Assembly (NCBI GenBank): GCA_036517655.1
Contig: DATDVE010000013.1
Location: 28,364 to 92,363, forward strand
Length of the DNA stretch: 64,000 nucleotides
Source of the DNA: Minisyncoccota bacterium
GTDB lineage: Bacteria; Patescibacteriota; Minisyncoccia; Phycocordibacterales; DATDSR01
Reading direction: 5' to 3'
The position numbers were made by a program, and so were the translations under genes. Positions 26,199 to 35,413 of this stretch are shown piece after piece. A model generated the notes under the pieces. That model was not told the DNA's origin. It saw only the letters and a list, made by a program, of their open reading frames with translations, and did not search any database. How positions within the stretch are numbered: the stretch's first letter is position 1; each line of letters begins with the position of its first letter.

Positions 26199-26658
26199 AC
26201 GTATTTACACAACTAGGGCTTTAGTTTTGAGTGAGCGAGCTAGTGGGGAGGCTAGTAAAGTTTTTACACTTTTTACTCGGGAGTTGGGTTTGGTCTATGC
26301 TTATGCGCGATCTGTTAGAGAAGTACGTTCTAAGTTGCGCTACAACTTGCCGCTCTACTCGCATACTCTTGTTTCGCTTGTGCCAGGCAGGGAATACTGG
26401 CGATTGGTGGGAGCGGAGAATTCTGAAAGGGGGATATCAGCCGAACTTTGCAGGTTTATTTGTCGTTTCATGGGCGAGCACGAGCCTCACGTTGATATTT
26501 TTGACATGCTTACTGTCGGGGTAACTGGACAAGACGGAAACGAGAGAGAACTTAAACTTAACATATTAGATAAGCTTGGTTATGTGGGCGTACGGGCAGA
26601 ATCGGACAAGCATAGGGAGCAACTGATAGAGCAGGGTATATACGCCAGCCATTTATAA
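26191..26658 (+). CDS. recO: Short RecO-like protein (N-terminal OB-fold)
   Basis: ALVLSERASGEASKVFTLFTRELGLVYAYARS resembles the RecO N-terminal domain. Only 155 aa. Confidence 0.4.
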   Translation: MSERIYTTRALVLSERASGEASKVFTLFTRELGLVYAYARSVREVRSKLRYNLPLYSHTLVSLVPGREYWRLVGAENSERGISAELCRFICRFMGEHEPHVDIFDMLTVGVTGQDGNERELKLNILDKLGYVGVRAESDKHREQLIEQGIYASHL

Positions 26659-26677
26659 GTTCGTGTTATAATAAGTC

Positions 26678-28585
26678 ATGGCTGAACATGACAAGGGTCT
26701 AGTCGAAGACCTTAAGCAGAAATTATACAAAAGGGGCACATTCAAGGCTGATATCAGCCGAGCGCAGCAATCTTTGCCACGAACTGAAGTGGCTCCAGAC
26801 TGGGATAAAGAAGAAGAACCAGTGACCAGAGGTTTGCTAAACCCATCTTTCCTCAAGAAATTCTTTTTAGTTGCATTGCTTTTCTTCGTTCTCGCTGTTG
26901 CTGCTTCAGCTTTCATAATTTGGAGCGGTTCGAATGTTGTCTCGGCAGATAATCTCGAGATTACGCTCAAGGGTCCGACTTCGCTTAAGGGTGGCGACGA
27001 GCTTGGTCTTTCCGTTGCGGTTGCGAATAACAATGCTACTTCCTTAGAATTTGTTGACCTTATCGTTACATTCCCGCCTGGCACGCGCGAGGCGGATAAC
27101 CTGGAGAAGGAGTTGGTCCGTTACCGAAAGAACTTGGGCACTCTTAACAAGGGAGACGTTGCGAACGAATCTGTTAAGGCAGTTTTATTCGGTGAGGCCG
27201 GTAAGGAGCAGGAAGTTAAGGTCACGGTAGAGTATAGGACCACCGGTTCTAATGCTATCTTCGAGAAGAATAAAACCTACACAGTTCTTATCTCTTCATC
27301 GCCGCTTGATTTGTCACTCTCTTTGCCAGATGAAGTGAATGCTGGTAATCAAGTGCAACTTGTAATTGATGTTGCTTCGCGTGCGACAAGCGAACTCTCC
27401 GATATATTGGTAAACGCGAGCTATCCTTCCGGGTTTAGATTCAAGGATGCAAGTCCTAAGCCAATTTTTGGCAATAATGTTTGGCGGATTGGTGATATGC
27501 AAGGAGATATCAGGAGACGTATAACTATTACTGGGGTCCTTGACGGTGAGGATAATGAGAAGAAACTTTTCAAGGTTGTTGCCGGCCGAGCCAAGGAGAC
27601 TAGCGACAATGAGGTCGGAGTTCCGTATGGATCCACTTTCGCAACTGTCGTGATGCGTCGATCATTCGTTGATCTTGCTGCAAGCTTCTCTGGCCAAGCT
27701 GCATCAGAAATTATCTCTGCGCCCAGTCAGACTTTGCGCGGTAGCATAGCGTGGACTAATAATCTGGGTGACAAGCTTATAAATGGTACCGTAAGCGTGC
27801 GTCTATCTGGGAACGCTCTAGATCAAAGTAGTGTATCAGTTGGATCTGGTTCATACCGGTCTCTCGACAATACGATAACTTGGAAAGAGCAACACGACCA
27901 GTCGCTCGCACTCATCGAGCCTGGCAGTTCTGGGCAGATCAGTTTCGATATCTCTACGCTCTCAAGTGACAAATTGGGGGCTTCGGGTATACGTAACCCT
28001 TTTATCCAGGCTGACGTAACCTTCGAGGCGACTCGCGTAACCGAGGATGGTTCCGGAGATATTGTTCGGACTTCTGTTTCGAGACTGATCCGTCTCAATT
28101 CTGCTCTTGATCTTGGAGCGAAGGCGGTGTACACGGTTGGTCCATTCGCAAACTCTGGGCCGATGCCGCCCAAGGTGAACGTCGAGACCACTTATACTCT
28201 CGTTTGGTCTGTTCTGAGCGCTTCCAATGACCTTAACGGAGTAACGGTAAGGGGACTCCTGCCTTCGCATACTCGTTTTTTGGGCAATGTATCACCTTCA
28301 GGTGCTGACCTACGTTTCGAAGCCACGACTGGTATTGTTTCTTGGAATGTGGGGAGACTAGAGGCGTCTCCGTCGAGTGTTTCCCCTCGCGAGGTTGCTT
28401 TCCAAATTGCTCTCTTGCCCAGCTTGCCCCAGGCGGATCAGACCTTGCCACTTATGACGAATATGAATGCGAGCGGCCGGGATCTATTTACGGGAGAGAC
28501 GATTTCTGATAGCGTGCCACTTATTGACACGCGCATATCCGAAGACCCTAATTTCCAAGAATCATGGAGCAAAATAGCAAATTAG
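26678..28585 (+). CDS. Membrane-anchored large hypothetical protein with extracytoplasmic beta-rich repeats
   Basis: Cytoplasmic N-terminus, one TM helix (FFLVALLFFVLAVAASAFIIW), then about 550 aa of repeated beta-strand-rich sequence. Confidence 0.55.
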   Translation: MAEHDKGLVEDLKQKLYKRGTFKADISRAQQSLPRTEVAPDWDKEEEPVTRGLLNPSFLKKFFLVALLFFVLAVAASAFIIWSGSNVVSADNLEITLKGPTSLKGGDELGLSVAVANNNATSLEFVDLIVTFPPGTREADNLEKELVRYRKNLGTLNKGDVANESVKAVLFGEAGKEQEVKVTVEYRTTGSNAIFEKNKTYTVLISSSPLDLSLSLPDEVNAGNQVQLVIDVASRATSELSDILVNASYPSGFRFKDASPKPIFGNNVWRIGDMQGDIRRRITITGVLDGEDNEKKLFKVVAGRAKETSDNEVGVPYGSTFATVVMRRSFVDLAASFSGQAASEIISAPSQTLRGSIAWTNNLGDKLINGTVSVRLSGNALDQSSVSVGSGSYRSLDNTITWKEQHDQSLALIEPGSSGQISFDISTLSSDKLGASGIRNPFIQADVTFEATRVTEDGSGDIVRTSVSRLIRLNSALDLGAKAVYTVGPFANSGPMPPKVNVETTYTLVWSVLSASNDLNGVTVRGLLPSHTRFLGNVSPSGADLRFEATTGIVSWNVGRLEASPSSVSPREVAFQIALLPSLPQADQTLPLMTNMNASGRDLFTGETISDSVPLIDTRISEDPNFQESWSKIAN

Positions 28586-29790
28586 AAAAAATAGTCAGTC
28601 TCTGCAAAAGAAGGGGCTTCGTCTTCCCAGACTCGGAAATTTACGGCGGGCTTTCTGGTTTCTACTCTTACGGTCACCTAGGTAACGAGCTTTTACACAA
28701 CATTAAGAATCTTTGGTGGCAGAAGTTTGTTTACGGCAGAGAAGATGTATTTGGAGTACGAACACCCATCGTCATGAATCCCAAGGTTTGGGAAGCGGCT
28801 GGACACGTACAAAATTTTACTGATCCACTTGAGGGTGGCAAGTTTAATACTATGTTCAAGACAGAAGTAGGTGCGCGCAAAGATGAGACCACCACGGCAT
28901 ACCTACGACCAGAGACAGCTCAAGGCATGTTTGCCAACTTTAAAACCCTGCTCGATACAACCAGAGGCAGTTTGCCCATGGGGGTGGCCCAAATCGGAAA
29001 GGCTTTTAGGAACGAGATATCGCCCAGAGACTTTATTTTCAGACTGCGCGAATTTGAGCAGATGGAAATTGAATACTTTATCAAGCCAAATGATTGGCAG
29101 AGTATATTTGAGCAGTGGCGCGTGGCCATGCACGAATTCTTCACTTTACTTGGTTTGCCTAAGGTGCATGAGCTTGAAGTTCCAGATGGTGATAGAGCTC
29201 ACTACTCGAAGCGCACAATTGATTTCGAGTTCGAGTATTCTATCGGCAGACGCGAGATTGCTGGCCTTGCGTATCGTACAGATTTTGATCTCTCATCGCA
29301 CGCCAAGTATTCTGGCGCTGACTTGAGCTTCTATGACGAAGAGACGAAAGAACGATTTATTCCCCATGTTATTGAACCATCGTTCGGCGTTGAGAGGATA
29401 TTACTTGCAATACTCGATTGTGCCTATACAGAAGATGAGTTAGGTGGCGAGAAAAGGATTTACTTAAAACTTGCGCCCAAGATCGCTCCCATTAAAGTTG
29501 CTGTGTTCCCCCTGCTCAAGAATAAGCCAGAGCTAGTTGCTAAAGCCCGCGAAATTTATAAAAACCTAAAAACCTATAACCTATCACCTATAACCTGCAT
29601 CTTTGACGACAATGGCAATATCGGCAAACGATATCGCCGGCAAGACGAGATCGGCACGCCTTTCTGCGTCACTGTAGATTTCCAAACCCTGGACGATCAA
29701 ACCATAACAGTCAGGCATCGCGACAGCGGTATACAGGATCGTCTCGCTTCGGCCGAACTCCCCGCTTTTATTCTCGAGAAAATAAAATGA
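28564..29790 (+). CDS. glyS: Glycine--tRNA ligase (alpha2 type)
   Basis: RRGFVFPDSEIYGG N-terminus and FRNEISPR class II motifs. Confidence 0.9.
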   Translation: MEQNSKLEKIVSLCKRRGFVFPDSEIYGGLSGFYSYGHLGNELLHNIKNLWWQKFVYGREDVFGVRTPIVMNPKVWEAAGHVQNFTDPLEGGKFNTMFKTEVGARKDETTTAYLRPETAQGMFANFKTLLDTTRGSLPMGVAQIGKAFRNEISPRDFIFRLREFEQMEIEYFIKPNDWQSIFEQWRVAMHEFFTLLGLPKVHELEVPDGDRAHYSKRTIDFEFEYSIGRREIAGLAYRTDFDLSSHAKYSGADLSFYDEETKERFIPHVIEPSFGVERILLAILDCAYTEDELGGEKRIYLKLAPKIAPIKVAVFPLLKNKPELVAKAREIYKNLKTYNLSPITCIFDDNGNIGKRYRRQDEIGTPFCVTVDFQTLDDQTITVRHRDSGIQDRLASAELPAFILEKIK

Positions 29791-30848
29791 ACGAACCACA
29801 GAGAATAATAGTTACCCCCAGTCTTTCCGGCATCATCAAAGTGGCGGTTGTCGCTCTTTGTATTGTGGCTCTCTTTCTCGTCCGCAACGTAATTCTTATC
29901 ATGCTTACTTCTCTTGTCATAGCTTCTGCCATCGAGCCCGGGGTTAAGGGACTTACCAAGAAGGGGTTGCCCCGTGTGGTATCAGTCCTACTCATATATC
30001 TGCTCTTTGCCCTTATCTTCTTCATCTTCACACTCATCTTCATCCCACCGATGCTGTCGGAAGTTTCTAATCTTTCTGTTGTCTTGCCGGGGTATCTTGA
30101 GAGTGTGAATGTTTCCGATGTTATCCCGGACATTATCCCCGGAGGGGACTTAGTCGGCGGTGAGTTGGTAGATACTTTCTCGATCAGATCCGGTATCGAG
30201 CAGTTGCAGAGTGCTCTTGCTGGGTTGTCCAAAGGATTTCTCCACACAGCTTCGACTATCTTCGGTGGTGCGCTCTCGGCCATGCTTGTATTGGTGATCT
30301 CATTTTATCTTGCTGTGGAAGAACGGGGGATAGAGACATTCTTGCGCGTAGTTACTCCAATACAGAAAGAGAATTATGCCATCAATCTCTGGAAGCGGAC
30401 ACAGGAGAAAATTGGTCTCTGGCTCCAGGGGCAGCTCTTGCTCGCTGTCATTGTGGGCGTGCTTGTCTACTTGGGCCTCTTCATATTGCAAGTGCCGTAC
30501 GCTACTTCGCTTGCAGCTCTTGCCGCTCTGCTCGAGATTATTCCGATTTTTGGCCCGATCATAGCGGCCATACCGGCTATCATAATCGCTTTCTCGATTA
30601 GCCCCACTCTTGGTCTAATGGTCGTGGGCCTCTATGTCATAATCCAGCAATTCGAGAATCACCTTATCTATCCCTTAGTTGTGACCAAGATCGTAGGTAT
30701 ACCACCTATCATCGTAATTGTGGCTCTGCTTGCTGGCGGTCAGCTTGCCGGGATATTGGGCTTCTTGCTTGCTATCCCGCTTACAACCGTCTTGGTCGAA
30801 CTTTTCAACGATCTAGAGAAGCACAAGTTGGCTGCACAAAAGACTTAA
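29787..30848 (+). CDS. AI-2E family transporter (PerM/UPF0118)
   Basis: Eight predicted TM helices. LLEIIPIFGPIIAAIPAII signature. Confidence 0.75.
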   Translation: MNEPQRIIVTPSLSGIIKVAVVALCIVALFLVRNVILIMLTSLVIASAIEPGVKGLTKKGLPRVVSVLLIYLLFALIFFIFTLIFIPPMLSEVSNLSVVLPGYLESVNVSDVIPDIIPGGDLVGGELVDTFSIRSGIEQLQSALAGLSKGFLHTASTIFGGALSAMLVLVISFYLAVEERGIETFLRVVTPIQKENYAINLWKRTQEKIGLWLQGQLLLAVIVGVLVYLGLFILQVPYATSLAALAALLEIIPIFGPIIAAIPAIIIAFSISPTLGLMVVGLYVIIQQFENHLIYPLVVTKIVGIPPIIVIVALLAGGQLAGILGFLLAIPLTTVLVELFNDLEKHKLAAQKT

Positions 30849-32269
30849 TGTCCGATAAGTTCTACATCACAACTACTACGCCATATGTAAACGGCGACCC
30901 GCATATTGGGTTCGCGCGTGAGATTGTTGTAGCAGACGCTATCGCTCGCTTCAGGAAAATTATGGGCGACGAAGTGCGCTTCAACACTGGCACTGACGAG
31001 CACGGACAGAAAATATTTGAGAAGGCTCGAGAAGAAGGTCTAGAGCCCAGAGATTATGTAGATAAACTTGCGCCCAGATTCGCGGCGCTCAAGAGTCCGC
31101 TTGATCTCTCGTTTACTGATTTCTCGCGCACATCAAGTGAGCAACACAAGGTGGCTGCACAGGAGATGTGGAAGCGGTGCAATAAGAACGGTTATATCTA
31201 TAAAGGCAAGCACAAAATTAAATATTGCATAGGCTGTGAGCTAGAGAAGACAGATTCAGAACTTGACAGTGACAAGTGCCCAATTCATCCCAATCGCGAA
31301 TTAGAAAAAAGAGAAGAAGAAAACTACTTTTTCAAGTTTTCTAAACTTGCTCCCAAATTGCTTGAGCTGTACAAAGATAATCCAGAATTTGTGAGGCCAG
31401 ATTTCAGGATGACAGAGATCAGAACTTTCGTAGAGCGAGGCTTGCAAGATTTCTCTATCTCGCGACTTAAGTCAAAAATGAGTTGGGGAGTGCCAGTGCC
31501 CGACGATCCAGAACATGTTATGTACGTATGGTTCGACGCCCTCGTAATATATATTTCTCCCTTGGGTTGGCCAGAAGATGAGAATATGGGTGGCTGGTGG
31601 CCCGGCATGCAAGTCTGTGGCAAGGACAATCTTCGCCAGCAGACGGCCATGTGGCAAGCTATGCTCATAGCAGCCGGACTACCTGCTTCAACCCAGGTGC
31701 TTGTTTTTGGTTTTATAACTGGCGATGGGGGTATCAAAATGAGTAAGAGCTTGGGTAATGTTGTTGATCCCGTGGCTTTGGTAAATGATTGGGGGACAGA
31801 TGCTGTTCGCTATTTCCTGTTGCGCGAGCTTAGTTTGTGGGAAGATAGCCCGTTTACGCCCGAGCGCTTCAAAGAAGCATATAACGCTAACCTGGCAAAC
31901 GGCCTGGGGAATCTTGCGTCGAGAATTATGAAAATGGCGGAGGTAAATCTAGATACGCCGGTTAAAATTCCCGATAACTCTCTACCAGACGATTATAAAA
32001 AGTTAATGGACGAGTTTGGATTGCAGAAGGCAGCTGATTATATCTGGACTGAAATTGGCAGACTAGACACTCTCATCCAATCAAGTGAGCCATTCAAGTT
32101 AGTTAAGAGCGACCCAGAGAAGGGAAAAGAATTAATTCAAGAGTTGGTGGTGGACCTCTATACAATTGCCAGCATGTTAAACCCGTTCATACCAGAAACA
32201 GCGCAAGCGATCAAAGACGCAGTGAAGGGAAACAAGAGTTTTACTAAGCCACTTTTCCCTCGTAAATAA
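30848..32269 (+). CDS. metG: Methionine--tRNA ligase (short form)
   Basis: PYVNGDPHIGFA (HIGH region) and KMSKSLGN. The stop TAA is the first 3 nt of the composite element. Confidence 0.9.
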   Translation: MSDKFYITTTTPYVNGDPHIGFAREIVVADAIARFRKIMGDEVRFNTGTDEHGQKIFEKAREEGLEPRDYVDKLAPRFAALKSPLDLSFTDFSRTSSEQHKVAAQEMWKRCNKNGYIYKGKHKIKYCIGCELEKTDSELDSDKCPIHPNRELEKREEENYFFKFSKLAPKLLELYKDNPEFVRPDFRMTEIRTFVERGLQDFSISRLKSKMSWGVPVPDDPEHVMYVWFDALVIYISPLGWPEDENMGGWWPGMQVCGKDNLRQQTAMWQAMLIAAGLPASTQVLVFGFITGDGGIKMSKSLGNVVDPVALVNDWGTDAVRYFLLRELSLWEDSPFTPERFKEAYNANLANGLGNLASRIMKMAEVNLDTPVKIPDNSLPDDYKKLMDEFGLQKAADYIWTEIGRLDTLIQSSEPFKLVKSDPEKGKELIQELVVDLYTIASMLNPFIPETAQAIKDAVKGNKSFTKPLFPRK

Positions 32270-32716
32270 CTCACCCGGACTAAAGTCTCGACCTCTCTTA
32301 TAAACAAGAGAGGTAAAAAACAGAATCGTGAACAAATTTTTGGCGAACAATAAAATTCTGAAGAACCGCAGAAGGGAATTGCGCAGGAATCAGACTGAGG
32401 CCGAAAAGATTATGTGGGCATACCTTAGGGGTAAACAAATTGGGGTCCGTTTCTTGCGTCAATACAGTCTGGGTCCTTACATTATTGACTTCTATTGTCC
32501 TAGGATCAAACTTGCTGTAGAGTTAGATGGTCCCGTCCACGATTTACCAGTAAGTCAGGAGTATGATAGAGAAAGAGGATTATATTTAGGTAGTCTAGGG
32601 GTGAGGACAGTTAGGTTTAAGAATGCCACAGTAATGAATAATCCAACTAAAATTACAAATAAACTTAAACCTCTCTTATCTATAAGAGAGGTCGAGGCTT
32701 AGGCCCGGGTGAGTTA
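32267..32716. mobile_element. Composite TA-flanked element carrying a DUF559 endonuclease gene (probable full-length relative of the MITEs)
   Basis: Left end: TAACTCACCC+GGACTAAAGTCTCG+hairpin ACCTCTCTTATAAACAAGAGAGGT. Right end: hairpin ACCTCTCTTATCTATAAGAGAGGT+CGAGGCTTAGGCC+CGGGTGAGTTA. Ends are about 85% identical to the MITE ends. Confidence 0.75.
32328..32702 (+). CDS. DUF559 (Vsr-like PD-(D/E)xK) endonuclease-domain protein
   Basis: RRELRRNQTEAEKIMWAYLR...FLRQYSLGPYIIDFYCP..LAVELDG.VH...D.R...L...G..RF matches the DUF559 consensus. The C-terminal 10 aa are encoded by the right-end hairpin. Confidence 0.75.
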   Translation: MNKFLANNKILKNRRRELRRNQTEAEKIMWAYLRGKQIGVRFLRQYSLGPYIIDFYCPRIKLAVELDGPVHDLPVSQEYDRERGLYLGSLGVRTVRFKNATVMNNPTKITNKLKPLLSIREVEA

Positions 32717-33477
32717 TGATCATCGACGTACATAGTCACTTAAACGACGAGCAGTTTGAGTCTGATCTGCCCGAAACTGTGGCCCGCATGAAGGGGGCGG
32801 GGGTGTCTACTATTGTGGTAGGCACTGATCTTGCCACCTCACGCAGAGCCCTCGATGTGGCTAAGATGTACGGCCTATGGGCGACTATCGGCCAGCATCC
32901 AACGGATAACGTGGAAGAGAACTTCGACGAGGCGGCTTATGCTGAACTTGCTAAAAATAAGGAAGTGGTTGCCATCGGTGAGTGTGGACTCGACTTTTTC
33001 CTAGACAAGAGTGATGAGGGGCATGCAAGACAAGAGAAACTTTTTCATCTTCATCTTGAACTTTCTGCCAAAACAGGTAAGCCCTTAATGATTCACTCAC
33101 GAGGCGCGTACGAAAAAATATCCGTTAATCTGGCCACCAACATTCGCTTGCTCCCGTCCACCCCCGGCAATGTGCACTTTTTCACCGGTTCGTGGGTAGA
33201 TGCAAAAAGATTACTGGACCTTGGATTCACAATTTCATTCCCTGGAGTTATTACTTTTACCAGTGATTATGACGAAGTCATAAAGAATGTGCCTAAGGAT
33301 ATGTTCATGGTTGAGACAGATTCTCCCTTTGCTGCTCCGGTGCCCTATAGAGGTAAGCGCAACGAACCGGCCTATGTGGTGGAAATTGTTAAAAAGATCG
33401 CCGAATTGCGTGGCATGAGCCCAGAGAAAGTAGCCGAGCTAAGTTTGGCTACTGCCAAACGCGTATTTGCCTTGTAG
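32716..33477 (+). CDS. tatD: TatD-family metal-dependent DNase/hydrolase
   Basis: MIIDVHSHLN start, GECGLD motif. 253 aa. Confidence 0.85.
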   Translation: MIIDVHSHLNDEQFESDLPETVARMKGAGVSTIVVGTDLATSRRALDVAKMYGLWATIGQHPTDNVEENFDEAAYAELAKNKEVVAIGECGLDFFLDKSDEGHARQEKLFHLHLELSAKTGKPLMIHSRGAYEKISVNLATNIRLLPSTPGNVHFFTGSWVDAKRLLDLGFTISFPGVITFTSDYDEVIKNVPKDMFMVETDSPFAAPVPYRGKRNEPAYVVEIVKKIAELRGMSPEKVAELSLATAKRVFAL

Positions 33478-33505
33478 AGGGCGATCTGCTAATATTGCCC
33501 CACGT

Positions 33506-33976
33506 ATGGATGATAAGGATTTGGATAACGAAAGGGAGAAGAGCTTGTACGAACTTGCCTATATTCTCGAGCCAGAATTGGACGAGCAGGCTTCCCAACA
33601 GGAACTAGCCAGGATTAGCTCGGTCATCGAGAAGCACGGTGGCGCGACTGTGCTATCAGAAAGTCCTAAGCTACGAGGGCTAGCCTACACCATAGAGCGA
33701 TCGGGGGGCGACAAGAAAAGGAAGTTTAATCAGGGTTATTTCGGTTGGATGAAGTTTAATATCGTAGGTTCTATCCTGCCGGAATTGGAGAAGGATCTTG
33801 CGCATGATTCGCATATAATTCGGCATCTAGTAATGCACGCCACTCTGGCTTCTGCTTCTCCCATCCGCAGGGTTCCTCGCAAAATTACACCTGACGTGCC
33901 AGTTGAAAAAGCGAGTGAGGCTGAAATAGATAAGGAAGTAGAGAAACTAATCGAGAGTACAACTGTGGCCATATAA
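33506..33976 (+). CDS. rpsF: 30S ribosomal protein S6 with C-terminal extension
   Basis: YELAYILEPEL...LRGLAYTI...GYFGWMKF S6 core. In an operon with ssb and rpsR. Confidence 0.75.
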   Translation: MDDKDLDNEREKSLYELAYILEPELDEQASQQELARISSVIEKHGGATVLSESPKLRGLAYTIERSGGDKKRKFNQGYFGWMKFNIVGSILPELEKDLAHDSHIIRHLVMHATLASASPIRRVPRKITPDVPVEKASEAEIDKEVEKLIESTTVAI

Positions 33977-34062
33977 TTATGTATCCCATTAGAAGTCTAT
34001 CTAAATAATGTCACTTAACATGTCGAACCCATTTGCTATAATCGTAAGTAACTTCTAACGGG

Positions 34063-34524
34063 ATGTACCTGAACAAAGCAATTGTAATAGGCAATCTCAC
34101 TCGCGATCCAGAATTGCGGGCACTGCCATCTGGTGTCGCAGTAGTTACGATGGCCGTGGCCACAAATAGGGTTTGGAAGGATCGTGATGGCAACAAGAAA
34201 GAAGATACCCAATATCACAATATAGTTGTCTTTGGCAAACAGGCCGAGACGGCTGCCCAATATCTCAAGAAGGGTCAATCTGTTCTCGTCGAGGGCCGAA
34301 TGCAGACCCGCAGTTGGGATGATAAGAGTTCCGGCGAAAAAAAGTATCGCACTGAGATCGTGGCCGACCGTGTGCAATTCGGTCCCAAATCAGGCGCCGG
34401 TGGTGCGGGAGGTGGGACCGGTCAGAGTGCGAGCGCGCCTAGTTCTGTGAAGGGCGCACAGGAGCCAATGGGCGAGATAGATTATCCAAATGAGAACATT
34501 AACCCTGAAGACATCCCATTTTAA
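34063..34524 (+). CDS. ssb: Single-stranded DNA-binding protein
   Basis: OB-fold N-terminus, Gly-rich linker, acidic C-terminal DIPF tail. Confidence 0.9.
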   Translation: MYLNKAIVIGNLTRDPELRALPSGVAVVTMAVATNRVWKDRDGNKKEDTQYHNIVVFGKQAETAAQYLKKGQSVLVEGRMQTRSWDDKSSGEKKYRTEIVADRVQFGPKSGAGGAGGGTGQSASAPSSVKGAQEPMGEIDYPNENINPEDIPF

Positions 34525-34527
34525 TTT

Positions 34528-34725
34528 ATGCAATGCTATTTCTGTACAAATAACGCTACCCACATAGATTACAAGGACCTGGAGACTCTCAAGAAGTTTC
34601 TAGATCAATACGCGCGAATCTCTCGCAAGCGCACAACCGGAGTCTGTTCCCTCCACCAGAGGAAACTAGCCCGAGCAATCAAACACGCCCGCTTCATGGC
34701 ACTCCTACCATTTGTGGCATCATAA
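34528..34725 (+). CDS. rpsR: 30S ribosomal protein S18
   Basis: CYFCTNN...IDYKD...ISRKRTTGV...QRKLARAIKHARFMALLPF. Confidence 0.88.
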   Translation: MQCYFCTNNATHIDYKDLETLKKFLDQYARISRKRTTGVCSLHQRKLARAIKHARFMALLPFVAS

Positions 34726-34781
34726 CTCACCCAACCCTCTCTCATAGATAAGAGAGGGCGAGACGGAGTCCGGGTGAGTTA
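34723..34781. mobile_element. MITE-like palindromic element copy 4 between convergent rpsR and efp
   Basis: TAACTCACCC (34723-34732), CCCTCTCTCATAGATAAGAGAGGG, GGGTGAGTTA (34772-34781). Its TAA is the rpsR stop and its TTA is the efp stop on the minus strand. Confidence 0.8.
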
Positions 34782-35339
34782 GACCCTCGAAACATACTCA
34801 CCAGTTTCAGTGTTGATCACGATAATATCATTCTCATTGACAAACAATGGCGCGTTCACCTGTGCTCCTGTTTCTAGAACTACTACTTTAGTGCCGCCCT
34901 GAGCTGTGTTGCCGCGGGTAGATGGCGGCGCTTCGGTTACTTTGAGCTCTACTTTGATGGGCATCTTTACTCCCAGCAACTTTTCTTCAAACTCTATCAA
35001 ATCTACCAGCATATTCGCCTTCAAGAATTTGCCCGAGTCGCCGATTTTATCAGAGGGGAGCTCAAATCTTTGGGCAGGGTTATTGGGCTCACAGAACCAA
35101 TATTCACCTTTATTCTCGTAGATAAACTTGGCGGGACGAGTTTCTATCTCTGCCTCTTCGACCTTCTCACTTTGATGAAAAGAATTTTCGGCTACTTTGC
35201 CCGTCATTAAATTGCGCAATTTAGTGTCATTAACAGGCTTGCGCTGTTGCTTGCGAAAGACGTGGCTTGAGAGCACTTCGTATGGGGTGCCACCCAAGAC
35301 GATGAACTTGCCTGGTTTGACTTCGTTATATTCAAGCAT
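34779..35339 (-). CDS. efp: Elongation factor P
   Basis: MLEYNEVKPGKFIVLGGTPYEVLSSHVFRKQQRKP; 186 aa; KOW-like plus two OB domains. Confidence 0.9.
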   Translation of the reverse strand: MLEYNEVKPGKFIVLGGTPYEVLSSHVFRKQQRKPVNDTKLRNLMTGKVAENSFHQSEKVEEAEIETRPAKFIYENKGEYWFCEPNNPAQRFELPSDKIGDSGKFLKANMLVDLIEFEEKLLGVKMPIKVELKVTEAPPSTRGNTAQGGTKVVVLETGAQVNAPLFVNENDIIVINTETGEYVSRV

Positions 35340-35413
35340 GCGATTATTTTAGCCCTGTAACTTTATATGTTTAACCACCAGTTGTAAAGGGGGCAAGGAC
35401 GCGATAAAGTAAC

